Source of the DNA: Candidatus Firestoneibacteriota bacterium
GTDB lineage: Bacteria > Oederibacteriota > D2-FULL-39-29 > JBBTED01
Direction of reading: 5' to 3'
NCBI GenBank assembly: GCA_038042445.1
Contig: JBBTED010000092.1
Coordinates: 1-22,688 of the forward strand
DNA length: 22,688 nucleotides
The notes under the pieces: model-generated
Database searches by the model: none
What the model was told of the DNA's origin: nothing
Seen by the model: only the letters and a program-made list of their open reading frames with translations
Position numbers and translations under genes: made by a program
In this document: piece after piece, positions 1 to 9,822 of the stretch
Layout: every line of letters starts with the position of its first letter
Position numbering within the stretch: position 1 is the stretch's first letter

Positions 1-73
1 TAATTCTCTTATCGTCACCACTTTCCAAATTAAAAATACGAAAGGACGTGTTGTATACATCCCACAAAATAAA

Positions 74-111
74 TCCCCCAACCCCCTTTAATAAAGGGGG
101 CCGAAGGGGGA
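74..111. repeat. Nested C-run/G-run palindromic intergenic element (REP-like; may also act as terminator)
   Basis: TCCCCC(74-79)..CCCCCTTTA-A-TAAAGGGGG(82-100)..GGGGGA(106-111): perfect inner hairpin inside an outer stem, just downstream of the OMP stop codon. Confidence 0.65.
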
Positions 112-126
112 GTATTTTAATCAAAC

Positions 127-642
127 TTATTTGCTTCCTTTTACAAAATAGTAGTGAAGTCCAACTGCGCTGCTAAATCCGGCGCCTGTTGTGCCAAAAA
201 GAGTAGTACCTCCTCCACTTGAAAAAACTAAACCTAATTGAGTGTCAAAACCCAAATTTGGTAAGCCGGCAAGGAAATATTCAAATCCAATACCAGTTGT
301 AGCTCTGAAAGTAGTAGTAGTTGTGGTTACTGTTGCTGCTGTTACTGAATTTATATCTAATCCTGCTCCGCATAAAAATGCTAAATTCATATTTTCTTCA
401 GACAAAAAGTTACAATATACTTTAGTTCCCACATCAAAAATTGTAAGATTTGTAGCAAAACAAAATCCAGCAAGTCCCTGTAATCCAATCGTTTGATTAA
501 GCCAGTATTTTGCTGACAGTGAAGTCAAATTTCCATTTAATTCACTGTTGAAACCTGCACCAAATCTTCCTGTTAAATCCTTTGCAAAAACTGAACTTGT
601 TACAGCTAAAATAATAACAATAATTCCAGCTATCTTTTTCAT
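127..642 (-). CDS. Small outer-membrane beta-barrel protein (OmpA/OMP_b-brl-like)
   Basis: Signal peptide MKKIAGIIVIILAVTSSVFA, alternating amphipathic Gly/aromatic strands, terminal strand VGLHYYF, strong SD GGAGGAGGTG upstream of ATG 642. Confidence 0.75.
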   Translation of the reverse strand: MKKIAGIIVIILAVTSSVFAKDLTGRFGAGFNSELNGNLTSLSAKYWLNQTIGLQGLAGFCFATNLTIFDVGTKVYCNFLSEENMNLAFLCGAGLDINSVTAATVTTTTTTFRATTGIGFEYFLAGLPNLGFDTQLGLVFSSGGGTTLFGTTGAGFSSAVGLHYYFVKGSK

Positions 643-678
643 TCTTTCACCTCCTCCTATGTTAAAATTTAAATAACT

Positions 679-701
679 GCAAGGCTAAAACCTTGCCCTA
701 C
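679..701 (-). repeat. GTAG-type REP element
   Basis: Minus strand reads GTAG-G-GCAAGG-TTTTAG-CCTTGC: GTAG tetranucleotide followed by a 6-bp hairpin, directly after the accD stop. Confidence 0.65.
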
Positions 702-1535
702 TTATGTTAAATAGTTTAAAACTTTTGATAATGTTTGTTTTAATTCTTTACGTGAAACTATTATATCAATTATTCCATGTTCTAATAAAAATTCTGAACG
801 TTGAAAATTTTTAGGCAACCGTTGTTTAATTGTTTGCTCTATTACTCTTGGACCTGCAAAACATATAAGTGCATTTGGCTCTGCTATTATAAGATCACCT
901 AACATAGCAAATGAAGCTGAAACTCCCCCACCTGTAGGATCTGTTAAAACTGATATATACAACAATTTGTTTTGGTGATGTTTTGATAATGCAGCACTTA
1001 CTTTTGCCATTTGCATAAGAGAAAAAATACCTTCCTGCATACGAGCACCACCACCTGAAGCTGAAACAATAATCACTGGAAGTTTATTCTGGGTAGCATA
1101 TTCAATAATACGTGTAAGTTTTTCACCCACAACAGAACCCATACTACCCATCATAAAATTATAATCAGTAATTCCTATTGCAACATTTTGCGCATTAATT
1201 AAACCTTCACCAACTATAGCTGCCTCCTGTAATCCCGAAGCATTTTTACTTTTCTCAAATTTTTCAGGATATTCAGGAAATGACAATGGATTTGAAGTTT
1301 CAATTTGGCAATCCATTTCTTTAAAACTACCTTCATCAAGCAATAAACTTATCCGCTCTACAGCTTTCATCCTAAAATGATAATTACATTTTGGACAAAC
1401 TTTTAGATTTTCTTCTAATTGTTTAGCATATATTACTTCATTGCAACTCTCACATTTCACCCACATGCCATTTGGCATTGACTTTTTACCTGGGAGTCTT
1501 ATTAAATCCTGTTTTGCTTTTTTAAACCATGCCAT
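702..1535 (-). CDS. accD: Acetyl-CoA carboxylase carboxyltransferase beta subunit
   Basis: Zn finger WVKCESC...VCPKC, GSMGSVVGEK, GGARMQEG, PTGGGVSASFA, FAGPRVIEQ. Start moved to MAWF (ATG 1535); the ORF track starts at 1565 inside a hairpin. Confidence 0.97.
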   Translation of the reverse strand: MAWFKKAKQDLIRLPGKKSMPNGMWVKCESCNEVIYAKQLEENLKVCPKCNYHFRMKAVERISLLLDEGSFKEMDCQIETSNPLSFPEYPEKFEKSKNASGLQEAAIVGEGLINAQNVAIGITDYNFMMGSMGSVVGEKLTRIIEYATQNKLPVIIVSASGGGARMQEGIFSLMQMAKVSAALSKHHQNKLLYISVLTDPTGGGVSASFAMLGDLIIAEPNALICFAGPRVIEQTIKQRLPKNFQRSEFLLEHGIIDIIVSRKELKQTLSKVLNYLT

Positions 1536-1548
1536 AATTTTAAAATAA

Positions 1549-1569
1549 TGCCGATAAATCGGCAATTAC
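1549..1569 (-). repeat. GTAA/GTAG-type REP-like hairpin
   Basis: Minus strand GTAAT-TGCCGAT-TT-ATCGGCA (7-bp perfect stem) between the HD-GYP gene and accD. Confidence 0.5.
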
Positions 1570-1594
1570 AGTAAATTTCATAATATATTTTGTG

Positions 1595-3280
1595 TTATTT
1601 TATTAAACCTTTATTATATGCTGAGAGAAATGCTTCTACAATTTTTGCATCAAACTGTGTTCCAGCACATCTTTTTAATTCATCAATTGCAATATTTTCA
1701 GGCAAACCTTTCCTATAAGGTCTATCTGAAGTCATTGCATCATAAGTATCTGCAACAGCTATTATCCTACCATCAAGAGATATTTCTTCGCCTTTAATTC
1801 CACGCGGATACCCTTTTCCATCATAACGTTCCTGATGATCAAGAATCCCAGGAATTATATGATTAAATTGTTTCACAGGTTTGAGTATATTTGCACCTAT
1901 TTCAGGATGCTTTTTCATCTCATTAAATTCTTCTTCTGTAAGTCGTCCAGGTTTTCTCAATATTGCTTCATCTACCCCTATTTTACCGATATCATGAAAT
2001 AAAGCAGCCCAATGTATCCGCTCTTTATCGATATCATTGAGATTCAACTCTTCCACTATTGCCATACTATATCTGGAAATGCGCTCAATATGCCCACCTG
2101 TATATGTATCCTTTGATTCAACAGCTAATGCCAAAGATTTAATAGTATTCAAAAATAGTTCCTGTAAATCTTTATGAACAAGCGCATTATCAATTGCAAT
2201 AGCAGACTGGTGCGCCAATGCCTCAATAATAGAAACATCGGAATTAGTAAAAGTTTCATTTCCCATTTTATTTAAAACTTCCATTACCCCTATCATTCTA
2301 TCTTTAAGTTTCAGTGGAACCGCAATTACAGATTTAGTTATAAATTTTGAATTTTCATCTACTCTTTTGTAAAATCTTGGGTCATTTTGTGCATCTGCCA
2401 CTAATATAGATTTATTTTCCTTAACAACCCAACCTACAATTCCTTCAGTTATCGGTATTCTTATCTGTTTTACTTTTTTGCCTGCTTCTCCAGTAGCAAC
2501 TTCTATGTATAGCTCATTCTTTTCCTTATCAATCAGAAAAATAGAACTTGTCTCCGCATCAACCATCACAGTTGCAATTTCCATTACTTCGCTTAAAACT
2601 TTTGACAAATCAAGTGTTGAATTTATTATCTTGCTGACATTTATAAGTGTAGAAAATTCTTTTACTTTTTCCTGTGCATGTGCAAACAATTTAGCATTTT
2701 CTATAACAAGTGTAATTTGCCCTGCAAGTGAAGTAAGTAAATCCAAATCCTCTTTTATAAATTTGCGTCTATCTTTTTTATTTATGAGTTCAACCACTCC
2801 TATAACTTTATCATGAGTAAGAAGTGGAACTGCCAAGATATTACGCGCTTTAAACTCCAACTCTTCTGAAATATTTTTGCTGAAATATAATTCTGCATCT
2901 GCTGATGGTAAAATTACAGGTTGTTTTATTTCTGCAACTTTACCTACAATACCTTCTCCGATTTTTAACTTAAATTTTTTAACTTCATCAGCTTTTTCAC
3001 CCTTCGCAACTTTAAATTCAAGAAGCTGTGTATCTTCATCTAACAATAAAAGTGAACCAGCTTCTGTTTTCATTGCATCAATTATCATATCCATTACAGA
3101 ATCTAATAGTTTATCTAAATCAAAAGAAGTTCCAGATATATTACCTATTGCCTGAAGCACTTGAACCTTAAGATCCATAACTCCAAGATAATTCTGAAGT
3201 GCAGAAGTGGTTTCTTCCTTCTCTTTTAATTTTGCTTTTACTTCTTCAAGTTCTTTTTTTAAATTTTCTTCTTCTGTCAT
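1595..3280 (-). CDS. Tandem-GAF HD-GYP cyclic-dinucleotide phosphodiesterase
   Basis: N-terminal coiled coil, two GAF repeats (GEGIVG...LAVPL...IGVVELINK; EGIVG...IAVPL...IGVMEVLNK), then KDTYTGGH, HDIGK, HQERYDGKGYP, AVADTYDAMTSDRPYR. Start probably MTEEE (3280); alternative 3298. Confidence 0.92.
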   Translation of the reverse strand: MTEEENLKKELEEVKAKLKEKEETTSALQNYLGVMDLKVQVLQAIGNISGTSFDLDKLLDSVMDMIIDAMKTEAGSLLLLDEDTQLLEFKVAKGEKADEVKKFKLKIGEGIVGKVAEIKQPVILPSADAELYFSKNISEELEFKARNILAVPLLTHDKVIGVVELINKKDRRKFIKEDLDLLTSLAGQITLVIENAKLFAHAQEKVKEFSTLINVSKIINSTLDLSKVLSEVMEIATVMVDAETSSIFLIDKEKNELYIEVATGEAGKKVKQIRIPITEGIVGWVVKENKSILVADAQNDPRFYKRVDENSKFITKSVIAVPLKLKDRMIGVMEVLNKMGNETFTNSDVSIIEALAHQSAIAIDNALVHKDLQELFLNTIKSLALAVESKDTYTGGHIERISRYSMAIVEELNLNDIDKERIHWAALFHDIGKIGVDEAILRKPGRLTEEEFNEMKKHPEIGANILKPVKQFNHIIPGILDHQERYDGKGYPRGIKGEEISLDGRIIAVADTYDAMTSDRPYRKGLPENIAIDELKRCAGTQFDAKIVEAFLSAYNKGLIK

Positions 3281-3284
3281 ATAA

Positions 3285-4079
3285 TTAATGAATTGCATTT
3301 ACAAAAGATTGGACAAATTTACTTGTATTAGAAACTATATTTTGCTTTTTAATGTTTTCTTCAATTTTCCGAACTATAGCACTTCCTACTATAACCCCAT
3401 CACAAAAAGCTATCATCTCTTTCGCTTGTTTTGGAGTTGAAACTCCAAAACCTACTGCTATAGGTTTGTCTGTCCAATTACGTATGTTATTTATGGACTT
3501 TTTTATATCAGTATTAATAACTTTTCTCTCACCAGTCACTCCTGTTAGTGAAACATAATATATAAAACCTGATGACAAATCTGCAATCATTTTTAATCTA
3601 TCAGAAGTACTTGTAGGAGATGCTAAAAAAATAGTAGCAATATTGCTTAAATTCGCTTCTTTTTTCCATATTTTTGCTTCTTCTACAGGCAAATCAGGAA
3701 TTATTACACCATCTACTCCTAATATATACGCATCTTTTGAGAATTTTTTAATCCCATATTTAAAAATTAAATTATAGTAACACATCAAAACAACAGGCAT
3801 CTGACTTTTCTTACGAAATCTTTTTACTAATTTCAAAATAGAATCTAAATTTGTTCCCTTTTTTAAAGAACGTTGATATGCACGTTGAATTGTTGGTCCA
3901 TCAGCTAATGGATCTGAAAAAGGCACTCCTAATTCAACAATATCAACACCAATTTTGTCAAACTCAAGAAGCAATTCATAAGTAGTATAAATAGAAGGAT
4001 CTCCACTAACTATATACGGTATGAACGCTTTTTTATTTTCTTTTTTCAATTCTATAAATTTTTTGTCTATTCTGTTCAT
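3285..4079 (-). CDS. trpA: Tryptophan synthase alpha chain
   Basis: ELGVPFSDPLADGPTIQ, IIPDLP, YYVSLTGVTG, VGFGVS, DGVIVGSA. Confidence 0.98.
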   Translation of the reverse strand: MNRIDKKFIELKKENKKAFIPYIVSGDPSIYTTYELLLEFDKIGVDIVELGVPFSDPLADGPTIQRAYQRSLKKGTNLDSILKLVKRFRKKSQMPVVLMCYYNLIFKYGIKKFSKDAYILGVDGVIIPDLPVEEAKIWKKEANLSNIATIFLASPTSTSDRLKMIADLSSGFIYYVSLTGVTGERKVINTDIKKSINNIRNWTDKPIAVGFGVSTPKQAKEMIAFCDGVIVGSAIVRKIEENIKKQNIVSNTSKFVQSFVNAIH

Positions 4080-4098
4080 TGTCTGTATGTAACAATGG

Positions 4099-4189
4099 TG
4101 TCATTCTGAAGCAATAGCCGAAGAATCTCGCTTTAAAGTCTTCTAAAAACAAGATCCTTCACTTTGTTCAGGATGACCCTTTGGGTCAT
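4099..4189. repeat. TGTCAT...ATGAC palindromic intergenic element with terminal mini-hairpin
   Basis: TGTCATTCTGAA(4099-4110)..GAAGAATCT(4120-4128) pairs with AGATCCTTC(4152-4160)..TTCAGGATGAC(4167-4177); tail hairpin ATGACCC-TTT-GGGTCAT (4173-4189). Confidence 0.75.
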
Positions 4190-5046
4190 TTTTTCTCAAA
4201 ACTTTTTTCTGTATATCCAAGTATTGGCTTGATTAAATTCACAAATTCCATTGGGAAAATAAATTTTGTTGAAGGAGACGCACCGATTGATTTAAGTGCC
4301 TCAAGATATTGCAAACTCATTGTTTTTTCATCTATTCCTTTTGCAATTGAAAATATTCTTTCAAGAGCTAAAGAAAATCCTTCTGCTTTCAATATTGCTG
4401 CCTGACGTTCACCTTCAGCTTTTAAAATAGCAGATTGTTTTTCTCCATCTGCAACTTTTATAGCTGCTTCTCTTGTTCCGTCTGCCTCAGTAACTACTGC
4501 TCTTCTTGACCTTTCAGCAGACATCTGTTTTGTCATTGCGTGCTGAATTTCTGTTGGTGGCGTAATTTCTCTTATTTCTACTGTAGTTACTTTAATACCC
4601 CATCTTCCTGTTACTTCATCAAGCTTTGTTCTTAAAATTGCATTTATCTGCTCTCTTTTTGCCAAAACATCATCAAGAGGAATATCACCAACAACTGCGC
4701 GTAAAGTAGTAGTTGCTATACCTTGTGCTGCACCCGCAAAATTTCTAACCTGAACTACACTTGCAGTAGGATCCACTACTTTCCAGTAAATTAGAAAATC
4801 AATAGATATTCCCGCATTATCTTTTGTAATACAAGTTTGCTCTGGTATTTCTAAAAATGACTCACGTAAATCAACCCATACAACTTGATCTATTATAGGA
4901 ATTATAAAAACTAAACCTGGTCCTTTTTCACCCATTACTTTTCCCAATCTGAATAAAACAAGACGTTTATATTCCCTCACAATTTTAACTGCATTTGAAA
5001 TAATTATAATTCCGAAAAACAAAACAACTCCTAAAATTAAAACCAT
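4186..5046 (-). CDS. SPFH/band 7 (stomatin/QmcA-like) membrane protein
   Basis: N-terminal TM, GPGLVFIIPIID, ITKDN, TTLRAVVG, WGIKVTTVEIREI, QMSAER..RA coiled coil; SD AGGAGG upstream. Confidence 0.93.
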   Translation of the reverse strand: MVLILGVVLFFGIIIISNAVKIVREYKRLVLFRLGKVMGEKGPGLVFIIPIIDQVVWVDLRESFLEIPEQTCITKDNAGISIDFLIYWKVVDPTASVVQVRNFAGAAQGIATTTLRAVVGDIPLDDVLAKREQINAILRTKLDEVTGRWGIKVTTVEIREITPPTEIQHAMTKQMSAERSRRAVVTEADGTREAAIKVADGEKQSAILKAEGERQAAILKAEGFSLALERIFSIAKGIDEKTMSLQYLEALKSIGASPSTKFIFPMEFVNLIKPILGYTEKSFEKK

Positions 5047-5064
5047 AATTTTACCCCCTCCTTA

Positions 5065-5100
5065 TTTTGTCATACTGAATTTATTTCAGGAATGACAAAA
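5065..5100. repeat. Short (internally deleted) TGTCAT...ATGACA element; possible bidirectional terminator
   Basis: TTTTGTCAT-A-CTGAA-TTTAT-TTCAG-GA-ATGACAAAA hairpin flanked by T and A runs; same ends as the longer elements. Confidence 0.65.
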
Positions 5101-5106
5101 AACAAT

Positions 5107-8100
5107 TTACTTTATATATTCTATTGCACCTATATCTCGAGCTTCACCTTCATTTGACTTACCATAGAAATCTTTTAAAAATGGACCATTAAATTCCCAA
5201 TTATATAATTCTTCAATATTAGTTTCTGCCTGTGCTAATGTCCCTCGCGATATTCTTAAAAAATCAAAACTACTTGTTAAATAATTATCATTATTATCAT
5301 AGCCAACAATAAAATCAGCTTTATTACTTAAACTTTCTTTAGAATTCATCTCACCAACAAAATTTCCATTACTTAGTTTACCATCTATATATATATTTAT
5401 CCCTTCTTTTTTAGTTCTGTCTATTTCAGTTAATATATGATGCCATTTACCGTCATTAACTAATTTTTCACTAACTCTATGACAATTACTTGTGTCAAAT
5501 TTAAGCCCAATTTTTATCTTGCCTTCATCTAATATCATATTATAACCTCTATCACTATTTGCTTTATTTACTATACCGCCTTGTGACTTTCCATTTTCAA
5601 TACGCAAAACAACTTCTATCAGAAAATTGTTACTTTCCATATCAAGTCCACCAGATTTTTCTGCATCTACCTTACAATATTGACTTTTACCATCAAACAA
5701 AAGTGCTCCTTTTACCCAATTTTCTAAAGTTCCCTCTTCAAAACTTTCTTCTTTAATCCAGTGACCTTGCAAATTATAACGTGGAGTGCAACCTTCACGT
5801 ACTTTTTCTCTGCTTATCCACTCATTATTCCAGTTAATATGCTCATCTAAAATTGTATTTATATCCGCTGGATATTTATAAAAACCCCATTCTCCAACTA
5901 CCGCATATAGCCCCCATGGAACAAATACTTTTTTTGCTTTATCTATACAAATTGAACCTTTCTTTAATCTAAAATCAAGATTTTTTGTATCTATAACTTG
6001 AGTATCATCTGTTTCTTCGCCAATATTTGTTACCATTACTTTTTTTTCATTGAGATAAGAACGCCAATCATCTAAAGTAGAAAAATCTTTTTTCTCTAAC
6101 TGCCCAATTATTTCTCCTTTATGTTTATTAAATACATTTGATGTAAAGCCAAGAGATGCAAACTCAGTATTTGAAGTCTCTTGTGCTATATATCGCTCAC
6201 CCATATCTATAAAAAGATTATTTAAATAATAGCATCTATTGTGCATAGACATACCTTTATGTATGCCTATTGCACAATTATACAAAGTATTGTTAAAAAC
6301 AATGTTCATAAAACCTTCTGCTTCATTAAATGCTGCAGAATTATAAATAAAATCATTCTCATTGTTATTTTTACCCCAGAGAATATTATTGAATACATAG
6401 TGTTTGAATGCCTGATCAAGATACATTGCTAATCCATAACAACCTGTTCTATACCAATCTTTCTTATCAGCAAACTGTTTCTTATCCGCATATTTCATAC
6501 CAACTGCATTTCCTGAAATATTATTATAAATATAAACAGGTCCTGCATACCAAGAAGCTATACCACCATAATCCTGAATTGACAATAAACTGTTAGTAAC
6601 TATATTGTTATAGATAAATGTTCTATTTAATGGATAATCCATCTCGTATTTATTGAACTCTCCTAAAAAATAATTCCCATTCTGAAGTATAATTCCTTGT
6701 GTATAAGTATAGTCTATTGTATTGTGTGATACTTCAGTAAGCTCAGTTCCTCTTAATCCAATGCTTCCAAGGGGATTCCATGTTAATGTTCTGGCACCAC
6801 AATTTTTTATTGTGTTATGTGTAACCTGAATATGTTTAATACGTGATTGATTTACAGATTCCATCATTTTTTTTTGCTTTAACATCCACATTCCTTCAGT
6901 CAAATCACAATTTATCGCACCACAATCTATATTTTCCATACGGTTATGGCTAATTTTTATATTATTCAGTAACTGATTATTGCCATTCGGGAAAAATGAT
7001 ATTCCCTGAGAAACATACTCTATATTACATTCTGATATAGAAATATTTTCAGAATTTCCAGTAATGCGAAATACTGAACTATAATACATAGGATTATATG
7101 CTTTATAAGAATCATATATATCAGATGCATTAAAAAATTTACACGATAAACCATTAACTGCTATGTTTTTTTTATTGTTAATTTCAAGAAAAGTAGGATA
7201 TTTAGCTATTTCAATAATAGCAGTATTTGGATCTCGTTCATTAGTTAATCTAATATATATTCTGCCTTTATGTTCGCCTTTTCGCATATAACACCACTCA
7301 TTTTGAGTATCAAGTAACTGCGGCAATCCTTCTATAAAATATCTACAATATTGATAATTATCTGTTGGAACTATCAATTTTCTAAACAACTCAGCATCAA
7401 TATGTATTTCACCTTTCTCATACTTTTGAATAACACAAGCTCTTGGAAAAGGCATAGTTGAACCTTCACGCCAAAGAATGCCATTTTGCCAATATCCATC
7501 TGGTTGTGTTAAATGCACAGTATCCTGCAGTTTAATTATCTGCTTTGCTATAACATCCAAAATACTATGCGTAACTTTACCATTAGTTATTTTAGTATTT
7601 TTTCCAAATTCACCTTTTTTTGGTGTTTTGATATTAATTATAATCCAATCCGCACCTTTATCTATTATTGTATTTATTCCTTCTGCTATATTTAATCTGT
7701 CTTCCTCTTTATCTTTCCATTTACCTTTCCCCTGAATACGTTCACCTATCTGAAAATCATCAGCACTATCTAATACTAGTTTTATTTCATATACTTGCCC
7801 TGTCAACTCCCACCATTCTTTTCGCGGATTATCTGGTTCTGCAATTTTCCAATTGGGTTCTCTGGCTATATCAAGTCTGATTACCTTATCTTTTTGCAAT
7901 TCATACAACATCATAGGAACATAGTTAATATTAAAATCCTGATACCATGTTTCATCTGCTACGTCTTTTGTAATTTCAGGACATTCTGTAATACTACACT
8001 TTTTCCAACCGCCAATTATTCTTTCTGAACCAAAAATATAAGCTTCTCCCTTTCCCCAATTTGAATCCACAGTTAAAACTACAGGTTTATGGACTTCACC

Positions 8101-8352
8101 TGAATCCTTTGCTGTTAAAACTCCACGATATATAACTCCTTTTTTAAAATAATATGTATTTGCTCCAATTATTGTTTTTACATTGTCTGTAGCATTAATA
8201 TCCCAAGGATGATGTTTCCAAGGAGATTCTTTTGTGCCTAAATTTGCATCGCTACCATTTTCAAAATCAATATAATATTCCTCAGTATTACCGACAAAGG
8301 GGAAAAAAATAACAAAAAACAATTGAACAATTATTGCAGTTTTAAAAACCAT
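5107..8352 (-). CDS. Large secreted right-handed parallel beta-helix protein with a LamG/concanavalin-like domain (putative polysaccharide-active enzyme or adhesin)
   Basis: Signal-like N-terminus, YYIDFENGSDANLGTKESPWK, Asn-ladder repeats (ISHNRM, VTHNTI, IYNNI, VFNNT), LamG motifs (LFDGKSQY, DGKWHHI, IYIDGK), terminal DIGAIEY. ATG 8352 fits SD AAGGAG; GTG 8364 is the alternative. Confidence 0.75.
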   Translation of the reverse strand: MVFKTAIIVQLFFVIFFPFVGNTEEYYIDFENGSDANLGTKESPWKHHPWDINATDNVKTIIGANTYYFKKGVIYRGVLTAKDSGEVHKPVVLTVDSNWGKGEAYIFGSERIIGGWKKCSITECPEITKDVADETWYQDFNINYVPMMLYELQKDKVIRLDIAREPNWKIAEPDNPRKEWWELTGQVYEIKLVLDSADDFQIGERIQGKGKWKDKEEDRLNIAEGINTIIDKGADWIIINIKTPKKGEFGKNTKITNGKVTHSILDVIAKQIIKLQDTVHLTQPDGYWQNGILWREGSTMPFPRACVIQKYEKGEIHIDAELFRKLIVPTDNYQYCRYFIEGLPQLLDTQNEWCYMRKGEHKGRIYIRLTNERDPNTAIIEIAKYPTFLEINNKKNIAVNGLSCKFFNASDIYDSYKAYNPMYYSSVFRITGNSENISISECNIEYVSQGISFFPNGNNQLLNNIKISHNRMENIDCGAINCDLTEGMWMLKQKKMMESVNQSRIKHIQVTHNTIKNCGARTLTWNPLGSIGLRGTELTEVSHNTIDYTYTQGIILQNGNYFLGEFNKYEMDYPLNRTFIYNNIVTNSLLSIQDYGGIASWYAGPVYIYNNISGNAVGMKYADKKQFADKKDWYRTGCYGLAMYLDQAFKHYVFNNILWGKNNNENDFIYNSAAFNEAEGFMNIVFNNTLYNCAIGIHKGMSMHNRCYYLNNLFIDMGERYIAQETSNTEFASLGFTSNVFNKHKGEIIGQLEKKDFSTLDDWRSYLNEKKVMVTNIGEETDDTQVIDTKNLDFRLKKGSICIDKAKKVFVPWGLYAVVGEWGFYKYPADINTILDEHINWNNEWISREKVREGCTPRYNLQGHWIKEESFEEGTLENWVKGALLFDGKSQYCKVDAEKSGGLDMESNNFLIEVVLRIENGKSQGGIVNKANSDRGYNMILDEGKIKIGLKFDTSNCHRVSEKLVNDGKWHHILTEIDRTKKEGINIYIDGKLSNGNFVGEMNSKESLSNKADFIVGYDNNDNYLTSSFDFLRISRGTLAQAETNIEELYNWEFNGPFLKDFYGKSNEGEARDIGAIEYIK

Positions 8353-8356
8353 ACTT

Positions 8357-9733
8357 CTATTCACTCCTTAAATGTGATTTTGCTGAAGAAATACTTTTCT
8401 TAACAGCAATAACTCCTGTGCTACCTTCAGAAATTTTTGAGTAAATAGAATTCTCTGGTTTAACTATTTGAGAGATATCAGCTTTGAAAAGTTTTGAAAA
8501 TTTATTCCATTCTTTTATTGTTAAACTTTCCAAGTTTTTATTTTCCTTTATACAATAAAGCACTATCTTGCCAACTAAACTATGCGCCAAACGAAAAGTC
8601 ATATCTTTTTTTACAAGATAATCTGCTACTTCTGTTGCAGTAGAAAAATCTCCATAAACTGCATTTCGCATAATATCTTTATTGAATTTTACTAAAGGCA
8701 ACATTCCCAAATAAATATTCAATACAGATTTTACAGTATCAATAGTTGAAAATACATTTTCCTTATCTTCCTGCATATCCCGATTATATGAAAGTGGTAA
8801 TCCTTTCATTACAGTAAGAATCGCAAATAAATTACCATACACTTTTCCGGATTTTGCACGTGACAATTCAGCAACATCAGGATTTTTCTTTTGTGGCATA
8901 ATACTGCTTCCTGTTGTCCATGTATCAGGCAATTCAATAAAATTAAATTCTTTTGATGCCCATAATATCAATTCTTCACTTAATCTACTCAAATGCATCA
9001 TAAAAATTGATGATGCAGCAATAAATTCTATAACAAAATCCCTATCACTAACAGCATCTATACTATTTTCAGAAATTTTTGGGAATCCTAAAAGTTTTGC
9101 AACATATTTTCTGTCAATATTAAAAGACGTTCCTGCTAATGCACAAGACCCTAATGGCATAATATTTATTCTTTTCAAACAACAATTAAATCTATTTTTG
9201 TCCCGAGCAAGCATAAAATAATACGCCATTAAATGATGCGAAAGCAAAATAGGCTGTGCATGTTGTAAATGGGTATATCCCGGCATAATTATATCTATAT
9301 TTTTTTCTGCTAAATCAACAAAAATAGTTTGCAACTCAGTAATTGAACTAATTATTGTTTTTGTTTCATCTCTTAAATACATTCTCAAATCCAATGACAC
9401 TTGGTCATTGCGACTTCTCGCAGTATGAACAACTTCAGCAATTTTCCCTGCATATTTAAATAACTCTTTTTGAATATTTGTATGGATATCTTCAGAATTT
9501 TTATCGAATCTAAATTTTCCAGTTTCAATTTTTGATAATATTTTTAGCAAAGAAATAACAAGTTTTTTTGATTCTGAACCAGAAATTATTTTAGCTTTGG
9601 CAAGCATTTTTATATGCGCAATAGTTCCTATACAATCATATTTTGCCAAACGATTATCAAAATTAATAGATGAAGTAAATTCTTCAACTAATTTTGTTGC
9701 CTTTTGTTTAAATCTTCCACCCCATAGTTTCAT
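8357..9733 (-). CDS. argH: Argininosuccinate lyase
   Basis: MKLWGGRF, HTARSRNDQ, MPGYTHLQHAQP, GSSIMPQKKNPD, YNRDMQEDKE. Confidence 0.98.
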   Translation of the reverse strand: MKLWGGRFKQKATKLVEEFTSSINFDNRLAKYDCIGTIAHIKMLAKAKIISGSESKKLVISLLKILSKIETGKFRFDKNSEDIHTNIQKELFKYAGKIAEVVHTARSRNDQVSLDLRMYLRDETKTIISSITELQTIFVDLAEKNIDIIMPGYTHLQHAQPILLSHHLMAYYFMLARDKNRFNCCLKRINIMPLGSCALAGTSFNIDRKYVAKLLGFPKISENSIDAVSDRDFVIEFIAASSIFMMHLSRLSEELILWASKEFNFIELPDTWTTGSSIMPQKKNPDVAELSRAKSGKVYGNLFAILTVMKGLPLSYNRDMQEDKENVFSTIDTVKSVLNIYLGMLPLVKFNKDIMRNAVYGDFSTATEVADYLVKKDMTFRLAHSLVGKIVLYCIKENKNLESLTIKEWNKFSKLFKADISQIVKPENSIYSKISEGSTGVIAVKKSISSAKSHLRSE

Positions 9734-9750
9734 CTAAAAATCTCCTAAAT

Positions 9751-9818
9751 TGTCATGCCAAACTTGTTTCGGCATCTCATTAGACCCTGAAACAAGTTCA
9801 GGGTGACACTTTGTGTCA
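9751..9818. repeat. TGTCA...TGACA palindromic element with two sub-hairpins and terminal mini-hairpin
   Basis: TGTCATGCCAAACTTGTTTCGGCATCT / AGACCCTGAAACAAGTTCAGGGTGACA as inverted halves; tail TGACAC-TTT-GTGTCA (9804-9818). Confidence 0.78.
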
Positions 9819-9822
9819 TTTT

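Noticed and set aside
1..60. Possible gene start on the minus strand (MYTTRPFVFLIWKVVTIREL...)
   Set aside because: Only 20 codons are visible, with no clear SD or motif; cannot be supported.
308..345. Thr-rich low-complexity stretch in the small OMP as a contingency repeat
   Set aside because: Short, mixed codons and in frame; consistent with an ordinary surface loop.
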